A stretch of DNA of 64,000 nucleotides from an uncultured Collinsella sp. (GCA_963560155.1 CAUWMY010000004.1:205-64204), one strand, 5' to 3'. Shown: positions 39,254 to 48,675, counted from the stretch's first letter. Numbers and translations are program-made. The notes: generated from the sequence alone by a model not told the origin.

Positions 39254-39282
39254 AAAAGCCCGTCCATCGGACGGGCTTTTTT
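39254..39282. terminator. Bidirectional intrinsic terminator after rlmN
   Basis: AAAAGCCCGTCC-ATC-GGACGGGCTTTTTT. Confidence 0.85.
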
Positions 39283-39437
39283 CGGTTCAATCATCCATTT
39301 GAATCACAGCGCCAACTCGACCCTGCCTCCACCGCACATGCGGACCTCCTGTCCGAACCGGTGATCCGGTCCAACTTTTCGTCCGCAGCCCCGACGCATT
39401 TCCGAGGTGGAGATGTAGAACCATTCTGTTAGGTACC

Positions 39438-39698
39438 TTAGTATCCGACCTGCTCCCATTGCTTTTCAACCCACGACTGATTGATTTGCGGATTGCGAGT
39501 CACCTTTGCGGTCCGCAATGCCACCTCCTCGCTCACCATATCCATCGTGTCGCGTGAAACCGGATTAAGCTGATCCAGTTTGCCCTTAATAGATACTCCA
39601 AGCTCTGTCTTGCTGACAATGTGCACCCCAGCAGCAAATCCGACTGCGACCGTGCATGCCGTCAATATCATCCGATAGGACTTTTTCATGAAAACCAT
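39438..39698 (-). CDS. Small hypothetical membrane protein directly after parB
   Basis: ATG abuts the parB TAG; basic N-terminus then hydrophobic helix (MILTACTVAVGFAAGVHIV). Confidence 0.7.
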   Translation of the reverse strand: MVFMKKSYRMILTACTVAVGFAAGVHIVSKTELGVSIKGKLDQLNPVSRDTMDMVSEEVALRTAKVTRNPQINQSWVEKQWEQVGY

Positions 39699-40574
39699 CT
39701 ACTCTTGATCAGCATCAACCATGGAGGCAAGGATGCGCTGCAAGTCATCCTCATCCTTGAACTCAATTTCAATCTTATTCTTACCGCGAGTAGAACGAAC
39801 CTTCACATTCGTATTGAAGACCTGACGAAGGACGCGGGCAGCTTTTTTATAGGATTGCGGGGTCACCGGACGTGGAGGCCGAGGCGCATCTCCGACTGAA
39901 AACAATGGAGCAAGGTTCTCAGTCGCTCGAACCGACAAACCTTCTGTGACCACCTTCTCAGCCAGCTTGATTCGAGCCTCCTCAAATGGAACAGCCAGAA
40001 TCGCACGAGCATGGCCGGCGGTAAGTTTTCCCTCATACATGAGCTGCTGAACAGGCTCCGGTAGATCGAGAAGCCTCAATGAGTTTGTTATCGCAGAGCG
40101 AGACTTCGAAACCGCTTTCGACAGAGCCTCCTGCGTCATCCCACTTGCCTTGATAAGCTGACGATATCCTTTTGCTTCCTCAATTGGATTAAGGTCAGAG
40201 CGTTGAAGATTTTCGATAAGTGCAATCTCGAGCATCTTCTGATCATCAACGTCCTTGATTATCACAGGGACTTTCTCAAGACCAGCAATCTTTGACGCCT
40301 GATATCGACGCTCACCGGCAATGATCTCGTACTTCGCTCCATTTTTTCTAACAAGCAGTGGCTGAAGAACGCCATTCTCTCGAATAGATTCACTCAGCTC
40401 CTCAAGCTCGGACTCATTGAAGTGCGTACGTGGCTGATTCGGATTGGGGAAGATATCCTCGATAGACAATTGAACCTCAGACGCTGCCTGAGTAAACCCC
40501 GTCTCCGACTGCGCCTCCCCCATGAGGGAACCGAGACCACGACCGAGAGCCGGCTTCTTTTTCGCGCTAGGCAC
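39699..40574 (-). CDS. parB: Chromosome partitioning protein ParB (Spo0J)
   Basis: LGRGLGSL, PNPNQPR, IIAGERRYQA, ENLQRSDLNPIEEA, HTH, GHARA. Confidence 0.97.
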   Translation of the reverse strand: MPSAKKKPALGRGLGSLMGEAQSETGFTQAASEVQLSIEDIFPNPNQPRTHFNESELEELSESIRENGVLQPLLVRKNGAKYEIIAGERRYQASKIAGLEKVPVIIKDVDDQKMLEIALIENLQRSDLNPIEEAKGYRQLIKASGMTQEALSKAVSKSRSAITNSLRLLDLPEPVQQLMYEGKLTAGHARAILAVPFEEARIKLAEKVVTEGLSVRATENLAPLFSVGDAPRPPRPVTPQSYKKAARVLRQVFNTNVKVRSTRGKNKIEIEFKDEDDLQRILASMVDADQE

Positions 40575-41367
40575 GACGAATCACTTCCTTAGCGAGATCC
40601 ATATACGCTCGGGCGCCCTTGTTGTTGGGTGCATACTCGATAACCGGCATGCCATAAGACGGCGCCTCAGAAACTTTCACTGATCGCGGAATGCAGGTTT
40701 TAAAGGCGACATCACCGAAGTAATTCTGCACCTCCTCGACAACCTGATTCGAGAGCGAAGTGCGAGAATCGAACATCGTCATGAGCACGCCATATGTCTC
40801 AAGATCCTTATTGATACGGCCTTTGACCATTCGCATCGACTCAAGCAGCTTTGTAACGCCTTCCAGTGCGTAATACTCACACTGGATCGGGATGAGCACA
40901 CTGTCTGCCGCTGCCAAAGCATTGATGGTAAGAAGACCAAGGGATGGCGGGCAATCAATAAAGATGAAATCGAACTCATCTTTGACCGGCTCAAGGAGAT
41001 CCTTAAGACGCGTCTCACGTGCCATAGCCGAAACTAATTCGATTTCCGCACCCGCCAGCTGAATCGTTGCGGGGATAATATAGACTCGATCGCTCACAGT
41101 GTCATGAATGAGCTCCTCAGCAGGAACATCGTGCAACAACGCATCATATATGCACTGCGTAAGCCCCTCTTTATCAACTCCAATACCACTTGTACTGTTA
41201 CCCTGGGGATCGAAGTCGACAATCAGTACTTTTCTTCCCTGCTTACCTAGTGCCGAAGCAAGATTGACTGTCGTGGTGGACTTACCGACGCCACCCTTCT
41301 GGTTGATGATTGCAATGGTGTGAAGCGGTTTCGTGCTCTTAGAACGCTTTACATCGCGAAATCCCAC
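40567..41367 (-). CDS. parA: Chromosome partitioning ATPase ParA (Soj)
   Basis: NQKGGVGKST, DFDPQGN, DCPPSLG, EAPSYG. Confidence 0.97.
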   Translation of the reverse strand: MGFRDVKRSKSTKPLHTIAIINQKGGVGKSTTTVNLASALGKQGRKVLIVDFDPQGNSTSGIGVDKEGLTQCIYDALLHDVPAEELIHDTVSDRVYIIPATIQLAGAEIELVSAMARETRLKDLLEPVKDEFDFIFIDCPPSLGLLTINALAAADSVLIPIQCEYYALEGVTKLLESMRMVKGRINKDLETYGVLMTMFDSRTSLSNQVVEEVQNYFGDVAFKTCIPRSVKVSEAPSYGMPVIEYAPNNKGARAYMDLAKEVIRRA

Positions 41368-41420
41368 ATTACCTCCTGTTGTCTCGTTATTGTTGTGCTT
41401 TTCAGGTCTCTTGTAGGTGA

Positions 41421-41470
41421 TGTTTCACGTGAAACCTCTTTATACAAACCATTATGTTTCACGTGAAACT
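41421..41470. promoter_or_regulatory. Two parS sites (41421-41436 TGTTTCACGTGAAACC; 41455-41470 TGTTTCACGTGAAACT)
   Basis: One mismatch each to consensus; directly upstream of parA. Confidence 0.92.
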
Positions 41471-41949
41471 AGTATTCAAGCATCAGTTTCTTAATCATGC
41501 CATGTACTGCTTAGTCAATCTTGCGATGAAACTCAAGTTAGGTAATATCGCAATCCTAATACGCAAACCAGAATCTTAGAGTTTGCTCTGAATTATGCAT
41601 GGAAGATTGATGCATTAAAATAGACATTTAGCAACTTCCAACAATCATAATCAGAACTGCAGTCATTAACATCTGAGGTCGTACTCATTCTGAAGGACAT
41701 ATACAGTCCAAACAATCAACTTACCTGAAAACACAAGTTATACTGTATATGCAATATCAGTGTACAAGAACGATCATTTGAGGTGTTTGAGCAGGGATAG
41801 TTACGGAAATAGCTGATAGAAGTAAACAGTTTATGGATACTGCACCGTTGAAGCCCTTGACATTAATGATGAACGAACGTCAAATTCATCAATGGGTTCT
41901 GAATGCAAGCCAGAATCAGCCTTCAATCAAATACAACCCTCTATAAGAC

Positions 41950-41983
41950 AACAACCCATGTTTCACATGAAACATGGGTTGTT
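41950..41983. promoter_or_regulatory. parS site (41959-41974 TGTTTCACATGAAACA) within a 16-bp-arm inverted repeat after rsmG
   Basis: AACAACCCATGTTTCA-CA-TGAAACATGGGTTGTT. Confidence 0.85.
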
Positions 41984-42008
41984 AGAAAAGCGATAATTGA
42001 AACCAAGA

Positions 42009-42788
42009 TTAAGATACAAGCGGCTGCTTCTTGGCGAGGCCAACAGCACGGGGCAGCTTGATACGCGGCTCGTTTACTTTCTGATACAGAAAAACAGAGC
42101 GATGTCCTAAGTCGCGAGGAAGATCGAACTCATCACAGCCAATAAGTTCCAATCCACAGATATCTGCAGTCTTGGAAGCGAGCTTCAATTCTTCATCACT
42201 AGGATTTGCTTTAGCAACAACCAGATAGCCATCTTCCTCAAGGAAAGGCGTTCCGTACTCGATAATCATAGCCATCTGTCCAACAGCGCGAGCAAAGACA
42301 GTATCAAACTTGCCACGCATGTGCTGGGCATACGACTCACATCGGTCATGAACACCTTGGACATCCTCAATGCCGAGTTGACGAATAAAAGCGTTGACCG
42401 CATCGATCTTCTTGCCAACTGAATCAAGGAGAACACCAGAGCAGCCAGTGTATAGCGCAAAGGGGATTCCAGGGAAACCGGCCCCTGTACCCATGTCGAG
42501 AAAGTTCTCGGGCTCAATAGGGAGATCGCGGTACAAGGCAAGTGAATCAACGATGTGGAGGACCAAAGCGTCATGGATGTCCTTGATACGAGTAAGGTTC
42601 ATGAACTCATTGACCTGATTGACATACAGCAAGTGTTTAACACACTGCTCGGCTGTCGTCTGATCAAGTTCGATATCGATTTGATCGGCCAGCTCGATAA
42701 CCTCGGAAACCAAAGAGGAAAACTCTTCATCCTTAACATCGATGGGTCGAAGTTCTATAACTCGACTAGATTCAAGAGACATATTCAT
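42009..42788 (-). CDS. rsmG: 16S rRNA (G527-N7) methyltransferase
   Basis: NLTRI, HIVDSL, DMGTGAGFPGIP, LDSVGKK, FARAV. Confidence 0.95.
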   Translation of the reverse strand: MNMSLESSRVIELRPIDVKDEEFSSLVSEVIELADQIDIELDQTTAEQCVKHLLYVNQVNEFMNLTRIKDIHDALVLHIVDSLALYRDLPIEPENFLDMGTGAGFPGIPFALYTGCSGVLLDSVGKKIDAVNAFIRQLGIEDVQGVHDRCESYAQHMRGKFDTVFARAVGQMAMIIEYGTPFLEEDGYLVVAKANPSDEELKLASKTADICGLELIGCDEFDLPRDLGHRSVFLYQKVNEPRIKLPRAVGLAKKQPLVS

Positions 42789-42832
42789 GCATCCATTCTG
42801 TGACTGAAATCAATGTAGCAAGGAGTTGCGTC

Positions 42833-42857
42833 AAAAAAGGGGCGCAGAGCGCCCCTT
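42833..42857 (-). terminator. Intrinsic terminator after jag
   Basis: AAGGGGCGC-loop-GCGCCCCTT followed by T run on the minus strand. Confidence 0.8.
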
Positions 42858-42879
42858 GTATCAGCAGTATGTAGCCACC

Positions 42880-43464
42880 CTAGCGAACGGTGATCACAAC
42901 GCGGCGCTCTGGGTCGGTGCCCTCAGAATGCGTATCGATACGATCATCCTCGCGCAGCGTGATGTGGACAAGACGACGCTCATAGGCGGACATGGGAGGC
43001 AGGTTAACCGTGCGGCTCTGGGCAACAGCTCGGGAGGCAGCGGAGTGAGCCATGCTGACCACCTTATCGTGGCGACGACTCTTATAGCCCTCGACATCAA
43101 TGGAAACGGGGTAACGGAACCCAAGCTTGCGGCTCACCAACAGGGAGACCATGGTCTGCAGGGACTCGAGCGTACGACCATGACGACCAATCAGCACGGC
43201 AAGGTCAGGCGCGGTGATGTCGAGAATCAGCTCACCTTCGTCGCCCTCGTACTCATCGATAGGAGAGGTATCAGCATCAAAGAAGCCGAGGAGGTCGCGA
43301 ACAATGGAGATGGCCACATCGGCAATCGTATCGAGGTCCTCGTCTGAGAGCTCCTCGCCAGCCTTGTAGCGGCGGGCAATCTCGGGGTACTCGCCGGTGA
43401 TCTCCTCAACGGGCTCCTCAACCGGCATATCTTCAGTAAGCTCTTCAGTCATGTCCATCTCCAT
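42880..43464 (-). CDS. jag: Jag/EloR (KhpB) RNA-binding protein, KH and R3H domains
   Basis: LIGRHGRTLESLQ (KH), MSAYERRLVH (R3H). Confidence 0.92.
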   Translation of the reverse strand: MEMDMTEELTEDMPVEEPVEEITGEYPEIARRYKAGEELSDEDLDTIADVAISIVRDLLGFFDADTSPIDEYEGDEGELILDITAPDLAVLIGRHGRTLESLQTMVSLLVSRKLGFRYPVSIDVEGYKSRRHDKVVSMAHSAASRAVAQSRTVNLPPMSAYERRLVHITLREDDRIDTHSEGTDPERRVVITVR

Positions 43465-43501
43465 AATTAGGTACCTTAGTAGTTGTTATACCAGGTAAAT
43501 A

Positions 43502-44281
43502 CTAGCGCTTCTTGTGAGGGCGCTTCTTATGCTCGCGACGGACAACGTCGACCTCGATCGGAGCGTTGATCATGCGAGCTTCTTCCTCAGCCTTGGCCTT
43601 GTCGATAACCTTCTGGGTCACAAAGATCTGCTGAATGACCTGCCAGGCGGAAGAAACGTCGTAGTACAGCAGAACGCCGGCGGGCATACCCCAGCCCATG
43701 ACGAGCATCATGACGGTCATGACGACCATCATCATCTTGGTGCTCTGCACCTGGACGCCGGTCTGGTTGCGGGTCATGTACATCTGCGGGATGAAGGTGA
43801 GCACACCGAACAGGATAAGGGCGATCAGGTACGGCAGGGCGGCGCCAAAACCGCCGGCGATGGCCTGAGCGGGCGAAGTGACCAGATTGGGCAGGATGTT
43901 GAAGAACGAGAAGCCCTTATCCGCCGCATCCGGGAAGTAATGGCCGAGGTCGCGCAGGAGGTTGAACAAGGCGACCAGGATGGGCATCTGGATGAGCAGA
44001 GGCAGGCAGCCACCGAAGGGGTTGAACTTGTTCTCAGAGTAGAACTTCTGCAGCTCCTCGGCCTGACGCTGCGGATCGTCAGCGTAACGCTCCTGGATAT
44101 CGAGAAGCTTGGGCTGCAGGACCTGCATGCGGGCGGTTGACTTGATGGACTTGAGCATCATCGGGGTCAGCAGCAGGCGAATGATCACCACCAGGATGAT
44201 GATCGACAGGCCCCAGTCGCCTGCGAAGCGCTGAATGAGCTCAAGCGCCTGGAAGAGAATCTGAACAATCCAGTCCCACAT
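43502..44281 (-). CDS. yidC: Membrane protein insertase YidC/Oxa1 family
   Basis: WGLSIIILVVIIRLLL, LQPK, GGCLPLLIQMPIL, GVLLYY. Confidence 0.95.
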   Translation of the reverse strand: MWDWIVQILFQALELIQRFAGDWGLSIIILVVIIRLLLTPMMLKSIKSTARMQVLQPKLLDIQERYADDPQRQAEELQKFYSENKFNPFGGCLPLLIQMPILVALFNLLRDLGHYFPDAADKGFSFFNILPNLVTSPAQAIAGGFGAALPYLIALILFGVLTFIPQMYMTRNQTGVQVQSTKMMMVVMTVMMLVMGWGMPAGVLLYYDVSSAWQVIQQIFVTQKVIDKAKAEEEARMINAPIEVDVVRREHKKRPHKKR

Positions 44282-44311
44282 ACGAATAATCCTTACCGTA
44301 GAATCTGATAG

Positions 44312-44539
44312 TTATGGCACGGGATCATAACCGCCGGCATGAGTGGGAACACAGCGCAAAATGCGCCGCAGCCCGAGCCAACAGCCTTTGACCACGCCAT
44401 ATGCCTGTATTGCCTCAACAGCATACTGTGAACAGGTGGGTATGTATATACACGCGTCGGGCAAAAGGGGTGAAATATACCGCTGGTAGCAACGGATGGC
44501 GGCGATCGCGGCGCGCTTAAGCACGCCCCTCATCGCCAT
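44312..44539 (-). CDS. yidD: Membrane protein insertion efficiency factor
   Basis: YQRYISP...C.Y.PTCSQY...GCWLG..RILRC.P...GGYDPVP. Confidence 0.95.
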   Translation of the reverse strand: MAMRGVLKRAAIAAIRCYQRYISPLLPDACIYIPTCSQYAVEAIQAYGVVKGCWLGLRRILRCVPTHAGGYDPVP

Positions 44540-44879
44540 TCACGAGCCCAGATGCGTCCACATGCGCACGGTGGAGCAGCGCCTGCAGGGCAGCACGCAT
44601 CTCTTCTGGCGAGGCAGTGCGCGTGCGCGGCGTGGCGAAGAGGATGATCTCCCGGCCTTGTGCCGGCAACCCGCAAACGCGCGCCGCCTCACGCAGCACG
44701 CGTTTGCTCCGATTGCGCACCACGGCATTTCCCAGCCTTTTGGCAGCAGCGAAGGCGACCCTCGCCGGATCGCCTTCGCTGACACAATCACATATAACCA
44801 TGCGAATCAGAGGATGATTCAAACGCTTCCCCTGAGTGAACACCCGCTCGAAGTCCTGATGGGACTTGATGGTCTGCAT
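44517..44879 (-). CDS. rnpA: Ribonuclease P protein component
   Basis: [29 protein letters not shown] (RNR motif). Confidence 0.92.
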   Translation of the reverse strand: MQTIKSHQDFERVFTQGKRLNHPLIRMVICDCVSEGDPARVAFAAAKRLGNAVVRNRSKRVLREAARVCGLPAQGREIILFATPRTRTASPEEMRAALQALLHRAHVDASGLVNGDEGRA

Positions 44880-44885
44880 GAGAGC

Positions 44886-45029
44886 TTAGTTGTCGCTCAC
44901 CGTGAGACGCTTGCGGCCCTTGGCGCGGCGACGGGCGAGCACGGCGCGGCCGGCCTTGGTGGCCATACGGGCGCGGAAACCGTGAGTCTTGGCGCGCTTG
45001 CGCTTGTTCGGCTGGTAGGTACGCTTCAT
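44886..45029 (-). CDS. rpmH: 50S ribosomal protein L34 (not in the ORF track)
   Basis: Manual translation [47 protein letters not shown]. Confidence 0.98.
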   Translation of the reverse strand: MKRTYQPNKRKRAKTHGFRARMATKAGRAVLARRRAKGRKRLTVSDN

Positions 45030-45094
45030 GGTAAACATCCTCCTGGTGCGTTTTGACTACTCGACTAATCGAAAAAATACGCGTGAGCTAGGAG

Positions 45095-45124
45095 ATTGTA
45101 GGGAATACCGTGCTCGAATGTCAA
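45095..45124 (-). promoter_or_regulatory. rpmH promoter TTGACA-N18-TACAAT
   Basis: -35 at 45119-45124, -10 at 45095-45100. Confidence 0.75.
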
Positions 45125-45209
45125 TCTCAGAACCATGAAATGCGCATAGTCTACTAAGGCACCGGATGACCATGTCCGTCGCGGCGAGATGCAAACAAGT
45201 TTCTTTCAG

Positions 45210-45310
45210 AGTTTTTCAGCCACTTATCCACAGCTTGTTAAGTACGTGTTGATAACTTTTCCGCTCTTTCCAACACTTTTCAACCGACTTGGAAAACTTG
45301 TTGAAAGTTT
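45210..45310. other. oriC part 1: DnaA-box cluster between rpmH and the gene upstream of dnaA
   Basis: TTATCCACA 45224-45232, TGTTGATAA 45247-45255, weaker boxes at 45277 and 45299; AT-rich. Confidence 0.8.
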
Positions 45311-45370
45311 TGAACGCGAAGGGTGTGAGCTGGTATCCTAGGCTCACGACAATCGTGGAAAGAATGCAGC

Positions 45371-46651
45371 ATGTCAGAAGATTTCTACCCCTTTGTGGAT
45401 TCGGGCGACCCGGCTCCAGACAACACGCACCTCACGGGAGCCGCCCCAGCCGCACCTGAGGGCAATCCGGTGGAAAACGAGCCCGTGCAGGCCTCGTACA
45501 CGATCCGCATATCGGTGTATGACGACATGCTGTCCACCCCGCGCGTGATCGTGGTGGAGCAAAGCGACGTGAGGACGTACCTGGAAGACGTCACGAACAC
45601 GGTCTACCGCACCATGAAAGAACAGGGTGGAAAACTTTCACTCATGATCATCCGAGAGCTCGTGGAGAACTTCATCCACGCCCAGTTCACCGAACCGGTC
45701 ATCTCCATCTTGGACAACGGCAACACCATCCGCTTCGCCGACCAGGGCCCCGGTATTCACGACAAAGAGCGCGCATTCGAGTTCGGCGTCACAAGCGCCG
45801 ACCGAGAGAAGAAGCGCTATATCCGAGGCACGGGCGCAGGCCTGCCCATGGTCCAGCAATACGTCGAGAACGCTGGCGGCGCGATAGCCGTAGAGGACAA
45901 CCTGGGCGCGGGAACGGTCGTCACCGTGAGCGTCGACGCCAAGCGCGCGGCGGAGCTCGAGCACGCCGTTTCACGTGGAGCGGCCGTGCGCAGCGGTTGT
46001 GCACACGAGGCGGAACCCGCAGCGGCACCCATGCAAAATCCATCGGATCCCTGGGGCGCGGCGAGGTACCAGGCTGGAGCCTACCCGGCTCAAGCCGGAT
46101 ATCCGCAACAGCCCTACGGAGCCGGGACGTATCCCGCCCAGATGCCCTACGGCATGATGTCCGGCCAGATGCAGGGGGCGGCCCAGGCCCAACCCGGCGG
46201 TTTCCCGGGGGCCCAGGTCCCAGCGGGGACGGCACCCGGCGCGTTCCCACAGCAGCCCGCCTACTGCCCGGGCTATCCGCAGGGATACCCCATGCAAGGC
46301 TTTCCACAGCAGCAGGGGTTCCCTCAACCGGGATTCCCGCCTGCGGGAATCCCGGGCATGGGTTATGAGCAGATGGGCATGCCCGGACAGGGCTACGCGC
46401 AGGCCGCGCCCGCGCCCGTACGGCAGGGTCCGTACGTAAGCGAGCGCGGCGCGGCGGCGCTGCTGTTCATCTACCAGAACGGCAAAGGCGGGCCAACCGA
46501 CCTCACGCGCGCGCTCGGGCGCTCGGACGCCACGTGGTCGCGTGAACTCGACGCGCTGGCGAGCACGGGCCTCGTGCATAAGCCCCGCCAGAAGTATGTG
46601 CTCACCGACATGGGCAAGGCCTGGGTCGAGCAGAGCGCGGGATCGCAGTAG
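45371..46651 (+). CDS. Uncharacterised GHKL/HATPase_c-fold ATPase with Q/P/G/Y-rich linker and C-terminal winged helix
   Basis: RELVENFIHA (N box), DQGPGI (G1), GTGAGL (G2), GTVVTV; tail LSERGAAALL...PTDLTRALGRSDATWSRELDALASTGLV. Confidence 0.8.
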   Translation: MSEDFYPFVDSGDPAPDNTHLTGAAPAAPEGNPVENEPVQASYTIRISVYDDMLSTPRVIVVEQSDVRTYLEDVTNTVYRTMKEQGGKLSLMIIRELVENFIHAQFTEPVISILDNGNTIRFADQGPGIHDKERAFEFGVTSADREKKRYIRGTGAGLPMVQQYVENAGGAIAVEDNLGAGTVVTVSVDAKRAAELEHAVSRGAAVRSGCAHEAEPAAAPMQNPSDPWGAARYQAGAYPAQAGYPQQPYGAGTYPAQMPYGMMSGQMQGAAQAQPGGFPGAQVPAGTAPGAFPQQPAYCPGYPQGYPMQGFPQQQGFPQPGFPPAGIPGMGYEQMGMPGQGYAQAAPAPVRQGPYVSERGAAALLFIYQNGKGGPTDLTRALGRSDATWSRELDALASTGLVHKPRQKYVLTDMGKAWVEQSAGSQ

Positions 46652-46714
46652 CGCCCAACGCACACCGCAGGATTCAGACGCGAGCAACCGCGACACGAGA
46701 AGGAATCGTGAGAC

Positions 46715-48457
46715 ATGGATAACGAAGCGCGCATCCTCTTGGACGACGTCATAGCGTTTTGCCGCCGCGATGGCCGCGAGACGCGCCTCATCAACATGCT
46801 CGAGCAGTGCGGGGCAACGGGATTTGACGACGAGTCCCTGACCATCCAGGTCCCCAGCAGATTTGCCTATAACTACCTCGTCAAACAGCGGGAGCTGATC
46901 GAGCGCTATCTCGAGGAGATCTCGTTCATGCCCATGGCCCTCAACGTCGTGGTGGCCGAGGGCGGGGCGCCGAGCGAAACGCAGGCGCCCGTCGCCGCGC
47001 CGGCGGTGCCGGCGGTCGAGGGCCAACCGCCGAGGGCCGCCGAGGTGCCGGCGAGTTTTGCCGAGGGCCCCGCAAGCCAGATTGCGCCCGTAGAACCCGC
47101 CGCGGCCAGCGACCTCGCGGCCTCCTCACCTGCCAAGCCCGAACCCAGCTCCAAGTCCGGCGTCACGGTGCGCAACACCGTCTCGCCCGAGGCCTTCCGC
47201 AAGATGATGGACGAGATGCGCAGCCAAGACCCCACCGGTAAGCGTCAAAGCACCGGCGCGATGCAGCAGCCGGCGGCACAGGCACCCATGGCCGCGACGG
47301 CGCCCGCCGCGGCGGCGGCATCGGCCCCGGAACCCGACGTCGCGGTGCTGGACATCAACGCCAAGTACACGTTCGCGAGCTTTGTCGCGGGCGACGAGAA
47401 CCGCCATGCCTTCAACAGCGCGATGCGGTTCGCCGCCTACGCCGAGGAGCCGCAGCAGTGCCCGAGCCTGTTCATCTACGGCAACTCGGGCCTGGGCAAG
47501 ACGCACCTGCTCTTCGCCATCCGCAACTACCTCGCCAAGGAAAAGCCCTACATCCGCGTGAAATACGCGAACTCCCAGGCCTACCTCGACGATTACATGA
47601 ACGAGCTGGGCGCGCAGCGCGGTCCGGGCAGCCTCATCATGCGCGAGTACCGCGACGCCGACATCCTCATCATCGACGACGTGCAGAATATCGTGGGCAA
47701 GCAGGCATCCGTCGAGTTCTTTTTCCAGCTCGTGGACAGCTTCATCCGCGAGGGCAAGAAGATCGCGCTGGCATCCGACCGCGCGCCCAAGGACCTCGCC
47801 ATGGACGAGCGCCTCACCAGCCGCTTCAGCAGCGGCATGCTCTGCCTGGTGTCCGAGCCGGGCTTCGAGATGAAGTACGTCATCCTCAAGCGCTATTACG
47901 AGAGCATCATCCAGCAGGACGTGGACCTCTCCTCCATGAACGTGGACACCTCGCTGCTCCAGGCCCTGCCCTCCTCCGAAGGTAAGCTCACCGACGAGCA
48001 CCTGCGTCATATGGCCGAGATCTCGGGCAACAACATCCGCTCGCTCGAGAGCTTCTGCGAGCGCTGCGCGAACCTCTCCTCGGAGCGCGAGGCCGCGGGC
48101 GTCGAGCTCACCGCCGAGGACATCGACCGCGTGGCCAAGATCTATTTCAACACCGCGCACAAGATCATCCACGTGGACACCGTGCAGCGCGTGGTAGAGG
48201 AGTTCTACCATGTGAGTCACGAGGAGCTCGTGGGCAAGCGCCGCACGGCCAACATCGCCTTCGCACGCCACGTGGCGGTCTACCTCGCCAACAACCTCTG
48301 CGAAATGACCACCCCGGCCATCGGCGCCGAGTTCGGCGGGCGCGACCACTCCACGGTTCTCAACTCCCTCAAGGTGGTTGAAAACAAGATGCGCGAGGAC
48401 CGCCGCATCGTGGAGGACATCCAGAACCTCAAGAACACCATCCTCTTGAAGTCGTGA
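46715..48457 (+). CDS. dnaA: Chromosomal replication initiator protein
   Basis: YTFASFVAG, PSLFIYGNSGLGKTHL, IDDVQ, RLTSRF, GGRDHSTV; long A/P-rich domain II. Confidence 0.97.
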   Translation: MDNEARILLDDVIAFCRRDGRETRLINMLEQCGATGFDDESLTIQVPSRFAYNYLVKQRELIERYLEEISFMPMALNVVVAEGGAPSETQAPVAAPAVPAVEGQPPRAAEVPASFAEGPASQIAPVEPAAASDLAASSPAKPEPSSKSGVTVRNTVSPEAFRKMMDEMRSQDPTGKRQSTGAMQQPAAQAPMAATAPAAAAASAPEPDVAVLDINAKYTFASFVAGDENRHAFNSAMRFAAYAEEPQQCPSLFIYGNSGLGKTHLLFAIRNYLAKEKPYIRVKYANSQAYLDDYMNELGAQRGPGSLIMREYRDADILIIDDVQNIVGKQASVEFFFQLVDSFIREGKKIALASDRAPKDLAMDERLTSRFSSGMLCLVSEPGFEMKYVILKRYYESIIQQDVDLSSMNVDTSLLQALPSSEGKLTDEHLRHMAEISGNNIRSLESFCERCANLSSEREAAGVELTAEDIDRVAKIYFNTAHKIIHVDTVQRVVEEFYHVSHEELVGKRRTANIAFARHVAVYLANNLCEMTTPAIGAEFGGRDHSTVLNSLKVVENKMREDRRIVEDIQNLKNTILLKS

Positions 48458-48660
48458 AAACATGGGTGAAGCCTGTGGAAAACCTGGGTGGAAAACTCAA
48501 AATCCAGTGGAGGGAAAATCGGTGGATATCTCACAGGGGAAAACAAGCGCGTTGTCTACAATTGATTGTTGAAAGAAAAACCGCCCGGCATCTGGGCAAA
48601 CGGGAGTAGTTCACACCATTCACTGCGTTATTACTGTTATTACCTATATTTATTTAAGAG
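48458..48660. other. oriC part 2 (dnaA-dnaN): DnaA boxes, DnaA-trio-like tract and AT-rich unwinding region
   Basis: TGTGGAAAA 48474-48482, GGTGGAAAA 48487-48495, GGTGGATAT 48521-48529; TATTACTGTTATTAC 48629-48643 followed by TATATTTATTTAA. Confidence 0.85.
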
Positions 48661-48675
48661 AGGAATAATAAAGAG

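Noticed and set aside
45967-45982. parS-like CGTTTCACGTGGAGCG
   Set aside because: Four mismatches to consensus, broken symmetry, inside a coding region
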